In this document: positions 1-13,606 of the stretch, one piece after another | How positions within the stretch are numbered: the stretch's first letter is position 1 | Layout: each line of letters starts with the position of its first letter | From: Octopus sinensis | Lineage: Eukaryota | DNA: 64,000 bases | NCBI RefSeq assembly: GCF_006345805.1 | Contig: NC_043009.1 | Location: 2,666,001-2,730,000, forward strand | Reading direction: 5' to 3' | Program-made: the position numbers and the translations under genes | Notes under the pieces: model-generated | The model's input: only the letters and a program-made list of their open reading frames with translations | Database searches by the model: none | What the model was told of the DNA's origin: nothing

Positions 1-57
1 CTATCTATCTGTCTATCTATCTATCTATCTATCCATCTGTCTATCTATCTATCTATC

Positions 58-104
<47 letters not shown>

Positions 105-182
105 TTGTTTGTGTGTGTACGTGTGCGTGTGTGTGTTGTTTATATGAATACATGTACAATACATGTATATGTATAACAAATA

Positions 183-215
<33 letters not shown>

Positions 216-1290
216 GTGTATATATATATATATATATATAGGGAGAGAGAGAGAGAGAGAGCGACATATATAGATTGAAAGAGAAAGAGAGAGAATTGGA
301 GCGTGTATTTCGGTGCAGGTTTTTATATGTAAGCGGTTATGTTGCTGTCTGTTTTTTCATGTATGTGTGATCAATTGGAAGAAACAGAAGCAATATAATA
401 TTTGCCGGATATATATATGTGTGTGTGTGTGTGTTAGTATGTGTGTGTATGTGTTTCTGTGTGTGTGTGTGTGTGTGCGTCTGTGGGCATATTTTGTATG
501 CGTTTTCGTGTGAAATAAATGTTGGTCTGTGTTTGATGAAGGTTTCACTGCTGTCACTCAATGAAGACGTGTTATATTAGGGTTTTTTTTCTTCACACAC
601 ACACACAACAATAGAGAACATATTCGAAGGTGTAACCTTACTAGGATTTCGACAACAACCTTTACCTTACAAGTGTAAGTTAAAGAAAACATAGCAGTTC
701 ATGTTTTCTCGGACCCGATTTTGCAGAAATATTACTGTTAATAAAGTGAAAAAAAAAAGAAAAACGCGAAAGAAATGAAAACAATGAATAAAAACAATAA
801 TAAATTGTTAGAAAATGGGAAAATAATTACCTCCCAAATGAATAAATATTGCCATTTGGCTATAAAATGTCTAACAAGATCAGTAAGAAAAACTACATCG
901 TGCATGTATGCACCTCATCGGGAGTAAAAAGTCTATCTAATATAAAATTGATACCGTTTGATATGGAGGAGTTTGCAGAGATATCAGTAGCTTAGTATAA
1001 TGCTGTTCATAAGGCAAGTAGAAAAGGGATAGTCTAGCGTAATGGAATACAAAAGCCCGTTTGAGGAGTAACGTACAGGTGAGTTTCATATTGAGTCCAT
1101 TCAGGAGTAGGAGTCAAGTCTGGTAGATGTTATCAGTGAAACATCTTCCATCGTTTGAAAAAGAATAAATGGCACAAAAATAGCCAATAGAAATATAATA
1201 TTTAGCTGTATCGGGGTTGGAGTGTCATGATGACTATACCATACAGATACACCGGTTGGTTCATTGTTTAACCAATGAACTAATCGACTC

Positions 1291-1327
<37 letters not shown>

Positions 1328-1441
1328 GAAGTTTGTCAATAACTTTTCGTTACCATTCGCCACATCATCAGTGAATATGACCTCTGCAATCCGGATCTGC
1401 TCCAGACAGTTGATAACGACAAAAGGAAGGCAGGACCAGTA

Positions 1442-1656
1442 TCTTTTATTGTTTTACTTGTTTCAGTCATTTGACTGCGGCCATGCTGGAGCACCACGTT
1501 TAGTCGAGCAAATCGACCTAAGGACTTATTCTATCGGCTTCTTTTGCCGAACCGCTATGTTACGGTGACGTAAACACACCAGCATCGGCTGTCAAGCGAT
1601 GTTGGGGGGACAAACACAGACGCACAAACATACACACACACACACACACACTCACA

Positions 1657-1714
<58 letters not shown>

Positions 1715-1877
1715 CATACATACGACGGGCTTCTTTCAGTTTCCGTCTACCAAATCCATTCACAAGGATTTGGTCGGCCCGAGGCTATAGTCGGAGACAC
1801 TTGCCGAAGGTGTCACGCAGTCGAACTGAACTCGAACCATGTGGTTGGTAAGCACCCTACTTACCATACAGTCACTC
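1442..1877 (-). mobile_element. tRNA-derived SINE, family 1 (octopus OR/OK-like), with internal (CA)n/(TA)n tract
   Basis: Minus strand begins GAGTGACTGTATGGTAAGTAGGGTGCTTACCAACCACATGGTTCGAGTTCAGTTCGACTGCG (A/B-box-like head). The body aligns by eye with copies at 41477, 46438 and 59706. Confidence 0.85.
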
Positions 1878-4240
1878 GACCCTCCTGAGAGACAGCAAAA
1901 CATGTTTCTACTCATAGGTTTACATCAAGAATTCTGCAAACCAAATGCAAAACGAAATAGATCTTCACTTTTCTAAAAGTATAATATTTTTTATTCAAAT
2001 TTTCTTTAGCACTTATTTCCCATATTGAATTAGTATTTGTTTCATGTTGTATCTGTACTAATAGAATTTGAAATATTTCGTTAAAAAGTTATATAAAATA
2101 TCAAGATAAACTATTCAAAGAATATATCCTTTAGATTTCTTTATAGCTCTCTCTTTTTCACCGGAAGTTTTCCTATGTAAGACGAATAACGAAACACATG
2201 CACCGGGAGATTTATTTTCTCCGATACATAAATATTAAGTGAACGAGTGTAAAGAAATAACCGGATCTCTCTGCTTTACATATACCTTTGACATTCCAAA
2301 AAGCATTCTGGTTTTTAGCTGTAACAGTATTAGTAAAAGCTCAACTGCTTTTATTGCACGGGCCAACACTGTATTTTTACAACATATAATAATGACCTTT
2401 AGATTTTATGCTAAAGTTGAATGTCGGCTCTGGAGGAATTTTTGGATGTGAGCTATTTAGGAAAAGTAAAAGATAATAAAAATGTGATAAACGAAAGAAA
2501 TATATAAAGCAAAAAAGCGAAGAAGACACGAGTGTATTCTTTATTTTCTTATGCTTCTTCGATATAGCCAGCATGTCATAAAATCTTATTGCAGTACACA
2601 GATGGACTGAAGGAAGAGTACACATATCGTAAAAGTAAAATATTCGTAAAATATTTAGTCATTACTTCGAGAAAAGTTTCTCTTCTTCTAAGGAAGAAAA
2701 GAGGAAGCCTACATATATCAGTTGTATTTTTCACAATATTTCACAAAACTTTCTTCTTAAATACAGAAAAATAGAGAGAAAATAATAGTTTCCATCGCAA
2801 TTGAAACTGAGACTTTGAGTGCACACATACATGCATACATACATACATACATACATACATACATACATACATACATACCAATCTATCTACCTGCCTACCT
2901 ATATACCTAATTTTCTCCCTCCCTCTATCTAACTCTCCATCTATTCATTTATATATATATATATAATATATATATATATATACATACATACATACGACGG
3001 GCTTCTTTCAGTTTCCGTCTACCAAATCCATTCACAAGGATTTGGTCGGCCCGAGGCTATAGTCGGAGACACTTGCCGAAGGTGTCACGCAGTCGAACTG
3101 AACTCGAAACCATGTGGTTGGTAAGCACCCTACTTACCATACAGTCACTCGACCCTCCTGAGAGACAGCAAAACATGTTTCTACTCATAGGTTTACATCA
3201 AGAATTCTGCAAACCAAATGCAAAACGAAATAGATCTTCACTTTTCTAAAAGTATAATATTTTTTATTCAAATTTTCTTTAGCACTTATTTCCCATATTG
3301 AATTAGTATTTGTTTCATGTTGTATCTGTACTAATAGAATTTGAAATATTTCGTTAAAAAGTTATATAAAATATCAAGATAAACTATTCAAAGAATATAT
3401 CCTTTAGATTTCTTTATAGCTCTCTCTTTTTCACCGGAAGTTTTCCTATGTAAGACGAATAACGAAACACATGCACCGGGAGATTTATTTTCTCCGATAC
3501 ATAAATATTAAGTGAACGAGTGTAAAGAAATAACCGGATCTCTCTGCTTTACATATACCTTTGACATTCCAAAAAGCATTCTGGTTTTTAGCTGTAACAG
3601 TATTAGTAAAAGCTCAACTGCTTTTATTGCACGGGCCAACACTGTATTTTTACAACATATAATAATGACTTTAGATTTTATGCTAAAGTTGAATGTCGGC
3701 TCTGGAGGAATTTTTGGATGTGAGCTATTTAGGAAAAGTAAAAGATAATAAAAATGTGATAAACGAAAGAAATATATAAAGCAAAAAAGCGAAGAAGACA
3801 CGAGTGTATTCTTTATTTTCTTATGCTTCTTCGATATAGCCAGCATGTCATAAAATCTTATTGCAGTACACAGATGGACTGAAGGAAGAGTACACATATC
3901 GTAAAAGTAAAATATTCGTAAAATATTTAGTCATTACTTCGAGAAAAGTTTCTCTTCTTCTAAGGAAGAAAAGAGGAAGCCTACATATATCAGTTGTATT
4001 TTTCACAATATTTCACAAAACTTTCTTCTTAAATACAGAAAAATAGAGAGAAAATAATAGTTTCCATCGCAATTGAAACTGAGACTTTGAGTGCACACAT
4101 ACATGCATACATACATACATACATACATACATACATACATACATACATACCAATCTATCTACCTGCCTACCTATATACCTAATTTTCTCCCTCCCTCTAT
4201 CTAACTCTCCATCTATTCATTTATATATATATATATATAT
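1700..4240. repeat. Near-identical direct tandem duplication, unit about 1272 bp
   Basis: GACGGGCTTCTTTCAG at 1724 recurs at 2996. All unique sequence through CTATTCATTT is repeated, and the junctions lie in (TA)n tracts. Confidence 0.95.
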
Positions 4241-4381
4241 ATATACATCTATATACGCATATACATGCATATATATATACATATTTATATACGCAAATAC
4301 ATACATATATATGTATGTATGTATGTTTGTATGTTTTTATACACACACACACACACACACATACGCATATATATATATTCC

Positions 4382-4522
4382 CTCCTTGTTTTTCTGTGTC
4401 CCTTTCTGTAGAAGAGCGTAGGATCGAAACGTAAAAGACTTTTTCTATTCCTGAGCGACTAATACATCTGTTTGTTTTGTACACCACATGACTTCGTCTT
4501 TTGTTTTCTTTTCGTAAACTCT

Positions 4523-4526
<4 letters not shown>
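4382..4526 (+). mobile_element. Non-autonomous PLE-terminus-like repeat (family A) with variant minimal hammerhead
   Basis: Homologous to 16480-16655, 18395-18485 and 61545-61680(-). It carries CTTT-CTGTAGA-A-GAGC-GTAG-GATC-GAAA-CGT-A-AAAG at 4402-4437 and is followed by (TA)n. Confidence 0.7.
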
Positions 4527-4585
<59 letters not shown>

Positions 4586-7052
4586 TATATATGTATGAGG
4601 TAATGGTATCAGGAAGACCTAAAGGTGTCAGATAACGCCGAGTAAATGCTATGGACAGACTGTAGTTAAGTTCCAGGTTCGGTGATTATATTCCTTTCTT
4701 TTCTCTTCTCTTCCTGTTTTTGATTTGACCTTACAAACGCATTTCCAAATTTTAAGTCACTTCGAAAACAAAAAAAAAAAACTCGACTCAATAACACCGT
4801 TTACAAACTCTATGCTTGGAATGACCAATTTTAAATAGGATTGGAACATACTCACAAGGTACAGGAATTTTATATGTATACCATTCTCCCTGAACAATGG
4901 AAATGAAGATACAATATCCCTGCATATCTCACGTCTATTTTCATTTCTCCACTTCACTCTCTATTTCATATCTTATCCAGAATAACTATTGCTTAAACAT
5001 TCTCTCATACCGTCTCCGTTGAAGATATATATAACATATCCTGGAAACAGCTGTAAGACCTATTTATAGATGCTCTGAAATCTTTCACAGGTTTGGAATT
5101 TTATATCATTCTGCTAATTTTATATATATATCTATTTATGCATAGATATAGGTGATGTAGACAAAACATCTAATTTAACTTGTATGCTCTAATTATTATT
5201 TCTTACAAATTTTGCTGCTGCCGTTTATAGGTAACAGATATTTACAAGTACATCTGTGTGTACAGATATATACATATACTTCTATCTATACGTATATGTC
5301 TATGCATACATGCACATTCGTGTATGAGTGAGAGATTAAAAGAAAAGAAGAGAAACACAGAGAAATAGAAAGATGGAGAGAGAAAAGAAGAGAGAGAGAG
5401 ATGGATAGGGAGAGCAGATTGAAATCAATCTATAACACTTTGAACAAAAGGAGGGAAATATTAGAATTAGCTAATAAAAGGTTTATAACAGAGATGATTG
5501 ATATACAACAAGCCGTTCTGCTCATCACTTGAAAAAGTAAGATCCACTAATTTCTATGAATATCTTGTGAGAGTTATCTCCCCATATGTTACTTTTTAGA
5601 TTAGATATGGTTGGCAGATAAAAAATATTTTTCATTGCTTATACCTTTCAGAGTAATAAGTCACTATGTTAGACATATGATATATATTATGCAGATTAAG
5701 TTTGAATGTACATTCTCCTCATGATATAATTTCAGTGGTACTAAGTTTGATCTATTTCTTTATGTATATTACTTACAATTAAGTCTTATTATGTAATTAG
5801 AATTCTTGCTAATGAAAACAATTCTGCAGCAGCTACAGACTATTGTTGATATTTTCCTGGATATTCAATTAGCTAAATGTATTCCAGTTGTCTTGCTTGC
5901 ATGGACTTAGATTTCAACGAGCTTGTATGCTGGTTTGCCTCCAAAATTTATGAGTAAATGTGTGTGCCATTTGTATCTAAGAAACTATTAGTGGGAAAGA
6001 TGCGTTGTCCCTACAATATTGTCGCGTAAAATACATTTTGTAATTGACTTACTTTGAGTGAAGAATAGAGAAGAAATTGTGACGGAGTGAAAATTTAAAT
6101 CGCCCTTCCATCAGTGACTATATTTCTGTTAGTTCTTTAACCCAAGACATTATACGCCTCTCTCTCACTGCTTCTATCAGTATACACAGGAGGCGCTTTC
6201 AAAAGAATCCGACTTTATTTTTACGTGCCAAAACTCATGTCGCGAGGGCAGAATCCTTAGTGTGGGAGGTGACGTCAATTTTCATTCATTTGCAGGAATG
6301 ATGGCGTCACCTCCTACTAAAAGAATGTTGCAACGCAATATTTAACACGGAGTGTATGTAATAAAAGAATATGAACAAAGAATATGAACAAGGTTTTTTT
6401 ATTCAAATTATGCTACGCGCGTTTCCATAGCATCTCTATTTATTTGTTCAGAAGTGTATTACATAATATGACTTACACAGGCAAATCATTTCGTCAAACA
6501 TTTTTAAACGTTGGGAATAAATTCTGTATGAATTCCAACAGAATATATTTGTAAACAATCTTACATATACCTCCCGGCTGAGGGAACATATAAAATTTCA
6601 AGTACAGCCACTCAACTAGCGATTTAACGGTAAACAATGATTTACAGAAGTGGACATGTGATTGGATACTTTCATTCCAGCACTCGTCCAGTGCTTCGTG
6701 TATATGTGTGTGCATGCCTGCCTGCCTGTGTGAATGATACTTGTGTCTAATGTGTACCAATTAATTTCACTGTCATATTTATCCTTTTATTCCAAATGAT
6801 ATCTTCCCTTACATCAATGATTGTATTATTTATTTTATTTTTATTTGTATCAATATTTTACTTGCGTTCTAATATGTTGTTAATATGTGTCGTATTCCTT
6901 ATCCATTCATTTATATATAAATGTGTATGCGCGTGTATGTACATCTGTATATATGTATATATATATGTATAAGTTTATATACGTATATATGTATATATAT
7001 GTATATTTATGTGTGTGTATGTGTGTATGTGTACATATACATGTATTATTTT

Positions 7053-7262
7053 AATTGTTTCAGTCATTTGATGGATTTTAGCCAAAGAAATCGACCTATT
7101 GACTTATTTTACATAAGCGTAGATATTACCCTATCGGACTACTAACGAACCGCTGAGTTACGCGCACGTATATACACGTATATACGCCCATGTATATACA
7201 CCGGTTGTGAAGAGGACCATGTGATAGGGCAGAAGTTTCTTACCACACAGCCACGCCTGTGC
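7053..7262 (-). mobile_element. Degenerate family 1 SINE
   Basis: TTGTTTCAGTCATTTG..AATCGACC..GACTTATT tail and CTTACCACACAGCCAC head remnants match the other copies. Confidence 0.55.
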
Positions 7263-7263
7263 A

Positions 7264-7305
<42 letters not shown>

Positions 7306-7559
7306 GATAAGAACGACATATAAATACCGATCTTATCAGGGGACCAGCATGGGAATAAGAACCTTTCAAAAGTAATAATTATTTAGAATTATAACTTAGG
7401 GTATCTAAGAGATACGTCCACGCTGGAAATGGCAGTCAAAACCTGACTCTAAAACTACATTAAATGTTCATACAGCATCAGGATAGAAGACGAAGAGACA
7501 GGATTTGCCAGATTGGTTGCAAAGATGTCTCTTAGCTCTTTTCATTTCAAAGGTATTCA

Positions 7560-8378
7560 CAAAGCATTTTCTACAATGCTCGTCCATCAATCTGGTAGAC
7601 TTGCAAGGCACTTGTTCCAAAATTTACTTGTACGAGACGAAAAATACTCTTCCAATACTCTTCTGGCCTCGTCTATAGAATCCATATTTTTTCCGTTAAA
7701 AATGTTTTGAAGACTGCGGAATAAATGATAATCAGATAGGTCAATGTCCAGCGAATATGGTGAGTGGGGCATCGTTTCCCATTCAAACTGCTCCAGCCTT
7801 TGGAATATCATCCTCGCTGTATGTGGCCGAGCATTCTCCTAATAGAAGAACACCTTTCGTTTTGAAATCAAAGATGGTCGTTTTCCGATTGCACGCAAGT
7901 GTCGATGAAGGGTAGAATGACCAAATCCAACATTCCCTGCTAGTCCTTCAACGGTTACGATGGGATTTTTTTCTACCAGGATTTGGAGGACGTCCTCGTC
8001 GAGCCCTACATAACTTCCAGGACGAGGATCGTCTTCTAGGCTCTAGTTTCAGGTTCGGAATTTCTGGAACCACCGTTGACGCTGGATTACGCTTGTAGTC
8101 CAATCCCCATATAATGCGTAAATATTTCTCCAACATTCGGGTGTTGCTTTTATTGAATTCATAAAGCAAAATATGCCGAATATGCTCCTTTGCCACTTCC
8201 ATAAAAAGCCTTGATATAATAACTGCTAAAAATCGAACTGCTCTCCAGGAAACTTGCATTAAGATTAAGTACAAGTGAAAATTACTTATTTAATAGCAAG
8301 TTGATGCACATAGTTTATCCCGTCCACCTCCGGCTTTTAGTTTATGTAGTTGAAAGGAGAGCATTAATTCGGGAATGA

Positions 8379-8381
<3 letters not shown>
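7560..8381 (-). mobile_element. Internally deleted mariner (Tc1/mariner) transposon remnant
   Basis: N-terminal MEVAKEHIRHILLYEFNK (ORF 7948-8274) and C-terminal WETMPHSPYSLDIDLSDYHLFRSLQN (ORF 7587-7811, YSPDLAPSDYHLF-like). A TIR-like end GGTCATTCCCGAATTAATG abuts TA at about 8381. The other TIR was not found. Confidence 0.85.
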
Positions 8382-8425
<44 letters not shown>

Positions 8426-8770
8426 TCACACATACGCATAAATATTTTTCTATATATGCAATTCATAGAAGGGTGAGTGCGTGTGTATAACTATACCTTA
8501 CGTATGATTCAAACTACACATACATGTCTTTCATTGAACGCATATGTATATACATGTATATGTTTGTGTGTGTACGTGTATATGTGCATGTGTGTATATA
8601 TATATATGTATATATGTGTCTGTATAACTATATATATATGTATATCTTTATATATACATAAATATGCATATAAATATAAGCATAGTTGGATATACATTTA
8701 TACATCCATACAAACGTGCATTCCACTCACTCAAGAAGAACTTAAATAAACTGAAGTAAAAGCATAGATA

Positions 8771-8852
<82 letters not shown>

Positions 8853-8873
8853 TAAATATATATGTACATACAT

Positions 8874-8909
<36 letters not shown>

Positions 8910-9758
8910 GCATATACAAATATATACACACACCCATGTATATATACACATTACACATACATACATACATACATTCATATATATATATTATTTATATCGG
9001 AGATAATACATTAGGTATAATTTCGCCGTAATATGTTACTCTCCTTTCAAACAAGAACTTACTTAAACTAAAACATCTGTCTTTTATTACGTCGTAAGCG
9101 GAATATGCAATATAAAATGAGAAGAATACATATTCACAGATAAATATGTCAGTTTGGAAAGCGATGTACTTCTGGAAAAACATGAAATGATAAGATACGG
9201 ATTTCCGAATGAAGACGCAAAATTATTGCCATTCTGAACTGTCTCAGAGATTTTCTTGCCTGAACATCTGTGCTATAGACCAGATATTGGTTTCATGCAA
9301 CATTTTTTATTGCTTATCGTTTATTGCCTTACCTAATGCCAGAACAGCAAGCTGAATTTGATTCTTTTACTAGAGTGCCTATAGTAGCCACTCCGATTAA
9401 TTTATAATTTTACCTAACGTTACGAGGTTTCGTTTTCTGTCAAGTTGTTGGAATTGGTGTCTTTGTTTTTACCTTTCTTATAGTTGCATATCCACATATA
9501 TTTTACATCATTGTTAATAATCAGCATACTGTTTTCATCTATCATAAAGAGAGCAATTAAATTCACAGAGAGGGAGAGAGAGATAGTGTGTGTGTGTGTG
9601 TGTGAGAGAGAGAGGGAGAGACAGAGAGAGACAGAGAGATGGAGATTCACACGGAAAACGTACACATGTAAAGAGACTGTAGTACACACACTGCAACACA
9701 CAAACGCGCATGTATGTCACACATACGTACACACACACACATGTATTAATATATATAC

Positions 9759-9825
<67 letters not shown>

Positions 9826-9829
9826 GTAA

Positions 9830-10035
9830 GATAAAGGTAAGAGTTGCGAGGTCACGGGTGCCAAGCTGTATCGGCTGCTGCTTTTCCCCTGGATAATACT
9901 GGTGGCGTGGAAAGAGGAGGCCGGTATGCATGGGCGATTGCTGGTCTTCCATAAACAACCTTGCCCGGAATTGTGTCTGGGAGGGTAGCTTTCTAGGTGC
10001 AATCCCATGGTCAGTCATGACCGAAGGGGGTCTCA
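9830..10035. repeat. GC-rich interspersed repeat (SINE/LINE 3' end-like) between TA microsatellites
   Basis: GC-rich island embedded in (TA)n. It resembles an abundant octopus repeat from recall, but there is no second copy in the window. Confidence 0.4.
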
Positions 10036-10085
10036 GTGCACATACATATATACATACATATGCATATATATATATATATACACAT

Positions 10086-10155
<70 letters not shown>

Positions 10156-10161
10156 ATATAT

Positions 10162-10195
<34 letters not shown>

Positions 10196-10560
10196 GTGTA
10201 TGTGCATACGTTGTTGTGGCGTGGTTGATGAAACGAACTGAATATTCTTGAAGATAACTAGTGAAATGGAATGAAATTACACTGAATAATCATTAAAATT
10301 ATCTTACTTTTGTTAACTTTCAAAACCTGTTTCAAATCTCGTGAGAAAATCAGGTGTAAAACAATGTAAGTAAATATTATCATAATATTATTTGAAAAGT
10401 ATTGCCACACACTATTGAAATCTGCATACGTAGAGAAAATTCTTAATTTACGATATGATAAGGTTTCACAATTAAATTCTCCCTATTTCTTAAAGTATAT
10501 CAAAGTACGTATTTAACTATTCACGCATACGTACACACACACACACATTAATACTCACAC

Positions 10561-10775
10561 TTGCCTCCGCACCCCCTCGCCATCACTCGCTTCCCGTTTC
10601 CCGTCACCTACCACCACACTACCCTACCTCTCCTACGCACCATTCTCCAAGCCTTCCGGCGGCTCCAGTCCCGCCCTCCATTTCGCACATCTTCCCTAAC
10701 CGACCCCTCTCCTCTTTCAAACGAGCCCATAACATGTGGCGCATGGTGCACCTGTACAGCTAATGTCAATTTGAT
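10561..10775 (+). pseudogene. Penelope-like element fragment, RT C-terminal/linker region (Neptune-like)
   Basis: RFPFPVTYHHTTLPLLRTILQAFRRLQS then, after a frameshift, SHIFPNRPLSSFKRAHNMWRMVH. This matches the PLE motif RIPLVLTYHP...LQ.D....IFP.PP...FRR..NLR..LV. Confidence 0.7.
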
Positions 10776-10906
10776 GGAGGGAATGAGCTTACTGTACGCA
10801 ACCATTTGATCACTCTAAACAAATCAACTGTGCGGCTGTTCGGCAAGAAATTTGGTTTACCTTCATATGTCGTTTAACGAAGGGAGATTGCATGATAATG
10901 ACTTTA

Positions 10907-10941
<35 letters not shown>

Positions 10942-11033
10942 ATATATATATATATATATATATACGGGTTGTGGTATGTTTTTGAAACAAACTGAATGTT
11001 CTTGAGAATATCAAGTGAAATGGAATAAAAGTA

Positions 11034-12310
11034 CGAGGGGCGTTCAATAAGTAATGCCCCTGACCCACTTCCCGTAGACGTAGAGCAACGAAACTTGGCA
11101 CAGTTATTAGTCTTTTTCTACATAGGAAACACCCAAAGTTACGCATTTCTCCCATCGTTTGATGCAGCTCTGAAGACATTTTTTGTAGAAGACCCCAGCT
11201 TGGTCCTCCAACCACGACGTGACTTCAGAAATCAAGGCTGCATCATCTGGGAAACGCTTTCCTTTCGAAAACAACTTCATGGCTGGGAAGAGGTGAAAAT
11301 CAGAGGCTGCAGGTCAGGAGATCGTGGATGAGTTCATAGCCGCACGCCTGTGCTTCTGATCTGGCGACACGCGAGTTGTGGATCGGAGCGTTGTCCTGCA
11401 GGAGGAGGATGCCTTTGCTGATCGTGCCCCGCCTCTTGATTTTGATAGCTTCTCTTAATTTCCTCAAAAGTGAAGCATAATATACTCCTGTACTTGTGAC
11501 ACAATTTGCCAAGAAATCTGTCATCACTTCTCCGTCCTGGTCCCAGAAGAGTGTGAGCATGACCTTGCCAGCGGAGGGCTGCACCCTTGCCTTCTTTGGA
11601 GGAGGTGAGTCACGGTGCTTCCACTGCATTAACTGGGCTTTGGTCTCTGGATCATAGTGATGTACCCAGGTTTTATCCTGTGTAATCAGTCTTTTGAAAA
11701 ATTTTGACTCATCTTCTTGACACATCTCCAAATTCACCCTCGAGCACTCGACGCGTTCTTGCTTCTGGAAAGGCGTGAGCAACCTGGGAATCCATCTGGC
11801 AGACACCTTTTGCATATGCAATGATAGTTTCCACATGAATGATAGTTTCCACATACCCGGTACTAAACTTGACCTCATGGGCTATTTGGCGAATAGTTAT
11901 GCGTCGATCTTCCAAAATGGCAGCCTCAACTTGACGGACAGATGCCTCATCAATGGCAGAAGGGGGCGACCAGATCTAGGAGCTGTTTCCACAAAGTTCC
12001 GACCATGTTTGAATTCACGATGCCAGCGTTTTACAAGGTCATATGATGGGGCATCATCACCATAAGTTACTTTTATTTCATCAAAAGTCTCCCGTGGTGT
12101 GCGTCCTTTCAAATACAAAAACCGCATCACTGCTCGACACTCAACAGGCTCCGTTTCACACTTGACTCAGTTCAAACACCTGTAAATCAGAAACCACAAT
12201 TAGTTCAGAATTGTAATTTGCCACTTAATCTATAAAGATATAGGTACTTGCACATGCTAGATCAAACAACTGCAAGTGGGTCAGAGGCATTACTTATTGA
12301 ACGCCCCTCG
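11034..12310 (-). mobile_element. Full-length (1277 bp) mariner with frameshifted D,D34D transposase
   Basis: 37-bp TIRs CGAGGGGCGTTCAATAAGTAATGCC(C/T)CTGACCCACTT with 1 mismatch, flanked by TA (11032-33, 12311-12). Motifs KRWHREFKHG..APRSGRP, VSARWIPRLLT, LITQDKTW, LLQDNA and SPDL-SDFHLF are split across frames. Confidence 0.97.
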
Positions 12311-12577
12311 TACGTTGAATAATCATTGAAATTATTTACTTTTGTTAATTTTCGAAACCGGTTTCAAATCTCTTGAGATGATCATGTGTACGAGACAGAA
12401 AGGAAATATCATCATAATATTATTTCAAAAGTATTGCCACACGCACACACAGACAAATGTAGGCGCGCCCACACAACATACAGACACACATACATGCATT
12501 CACACTCACACACACAAAGTAAAATCTCACATACGCGCATATTTAAATCGCTATATATATGCACATATGTATATATG

Positions 12578-12627
<50 letters not shown>

Positions 12628-13561
12628 AATATATAAATGTATATATTTATGTGTATGTGTATGCGTGTGTGTGTGTGTGTGTGTGTGTGTCTGTGTTTGT
12701 GTCTGTGTTTGTGTGTGTGTGTACATGCACAGAAATGTTCATTCCATTCTGCACGTGAATCCGAGTGTAGTGCATAGATGTTCGCAGTACGCACAAATAT
12801 ATTATTCAGCTATTTTGTTCAGAATTATTTTTAAAATGCATTAAAATGCATCCAAAGTAATTTGAAGTAAAAGGATTTGTCTTCATACATACGTTTGTTA
12901 TCTATTTCACTTTTGAGGTGCTTATTAACAATTAGTTTATCATCTTGAGTTTATAATCTCATCAGTAATATCTTCAAATTATGTGATTTTCATTTGTCGT
13001 TCATCGTCACAATCAAGTTCTTGAGGGCTTTTCCAAAGCCGTCTTCATTTCCTTCCCATTAAGAAGTACGTTCAACAGCTGTTGTATTTGAAGTATTTCG
13101 TTGAGTACCTTGTCCTAGGAATGCACTCCCGTTTCTTCCAACAGTTCGATGTTCCCTGTCAGAACAATTCAATAATTGGGCAATCAAATTTGGTGTAATA
13201 TTTGCCGGTAATTTTGTATTGAAATGCACAATTCAAAGAAATCCCCATCACTGTAATAAAACGCCACACAATCCAATTTTTCAATCCTTATCTCACAGCT
13301 CACAACTGTGTATATTACGTACTACAGCCACTTCAACACTAATGTTTATTAATTCAAAAAAATTAAAGAAATTCTGGCATCTACTGCGCCTTATTTGCAT
13401 TACGTATCTCAAGCCCTGGCGTGGTACATTCGTAACATATACTGTAGAGGCAGAAACAGTATTTATGGATTCTGCGTATATCTATCTACCTATCTATCTA
13501 TCGATCTATCTATCTATCTATCTATCGATCTATCTATCTATATATCCATCTATCTATGTCC

Positions 13562-13606
<45 letters not shown>

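Noticed and set aside
1330-1376. CTGATGA...GAAA on minus strand
   Set aside because: Stems I and II cannot be formed convincingly. Similar chance cores at about 12958, 30013, 30724, 35596 and 42357 were rejected for the same reason.
4856-4889. Possible 34-nt minus-strand exon (GEWYTYKIPVP) with AG/GTGAGT boundaries
   Set aside because: Splice-like signals are common by chance and there is no partner exon or homology.
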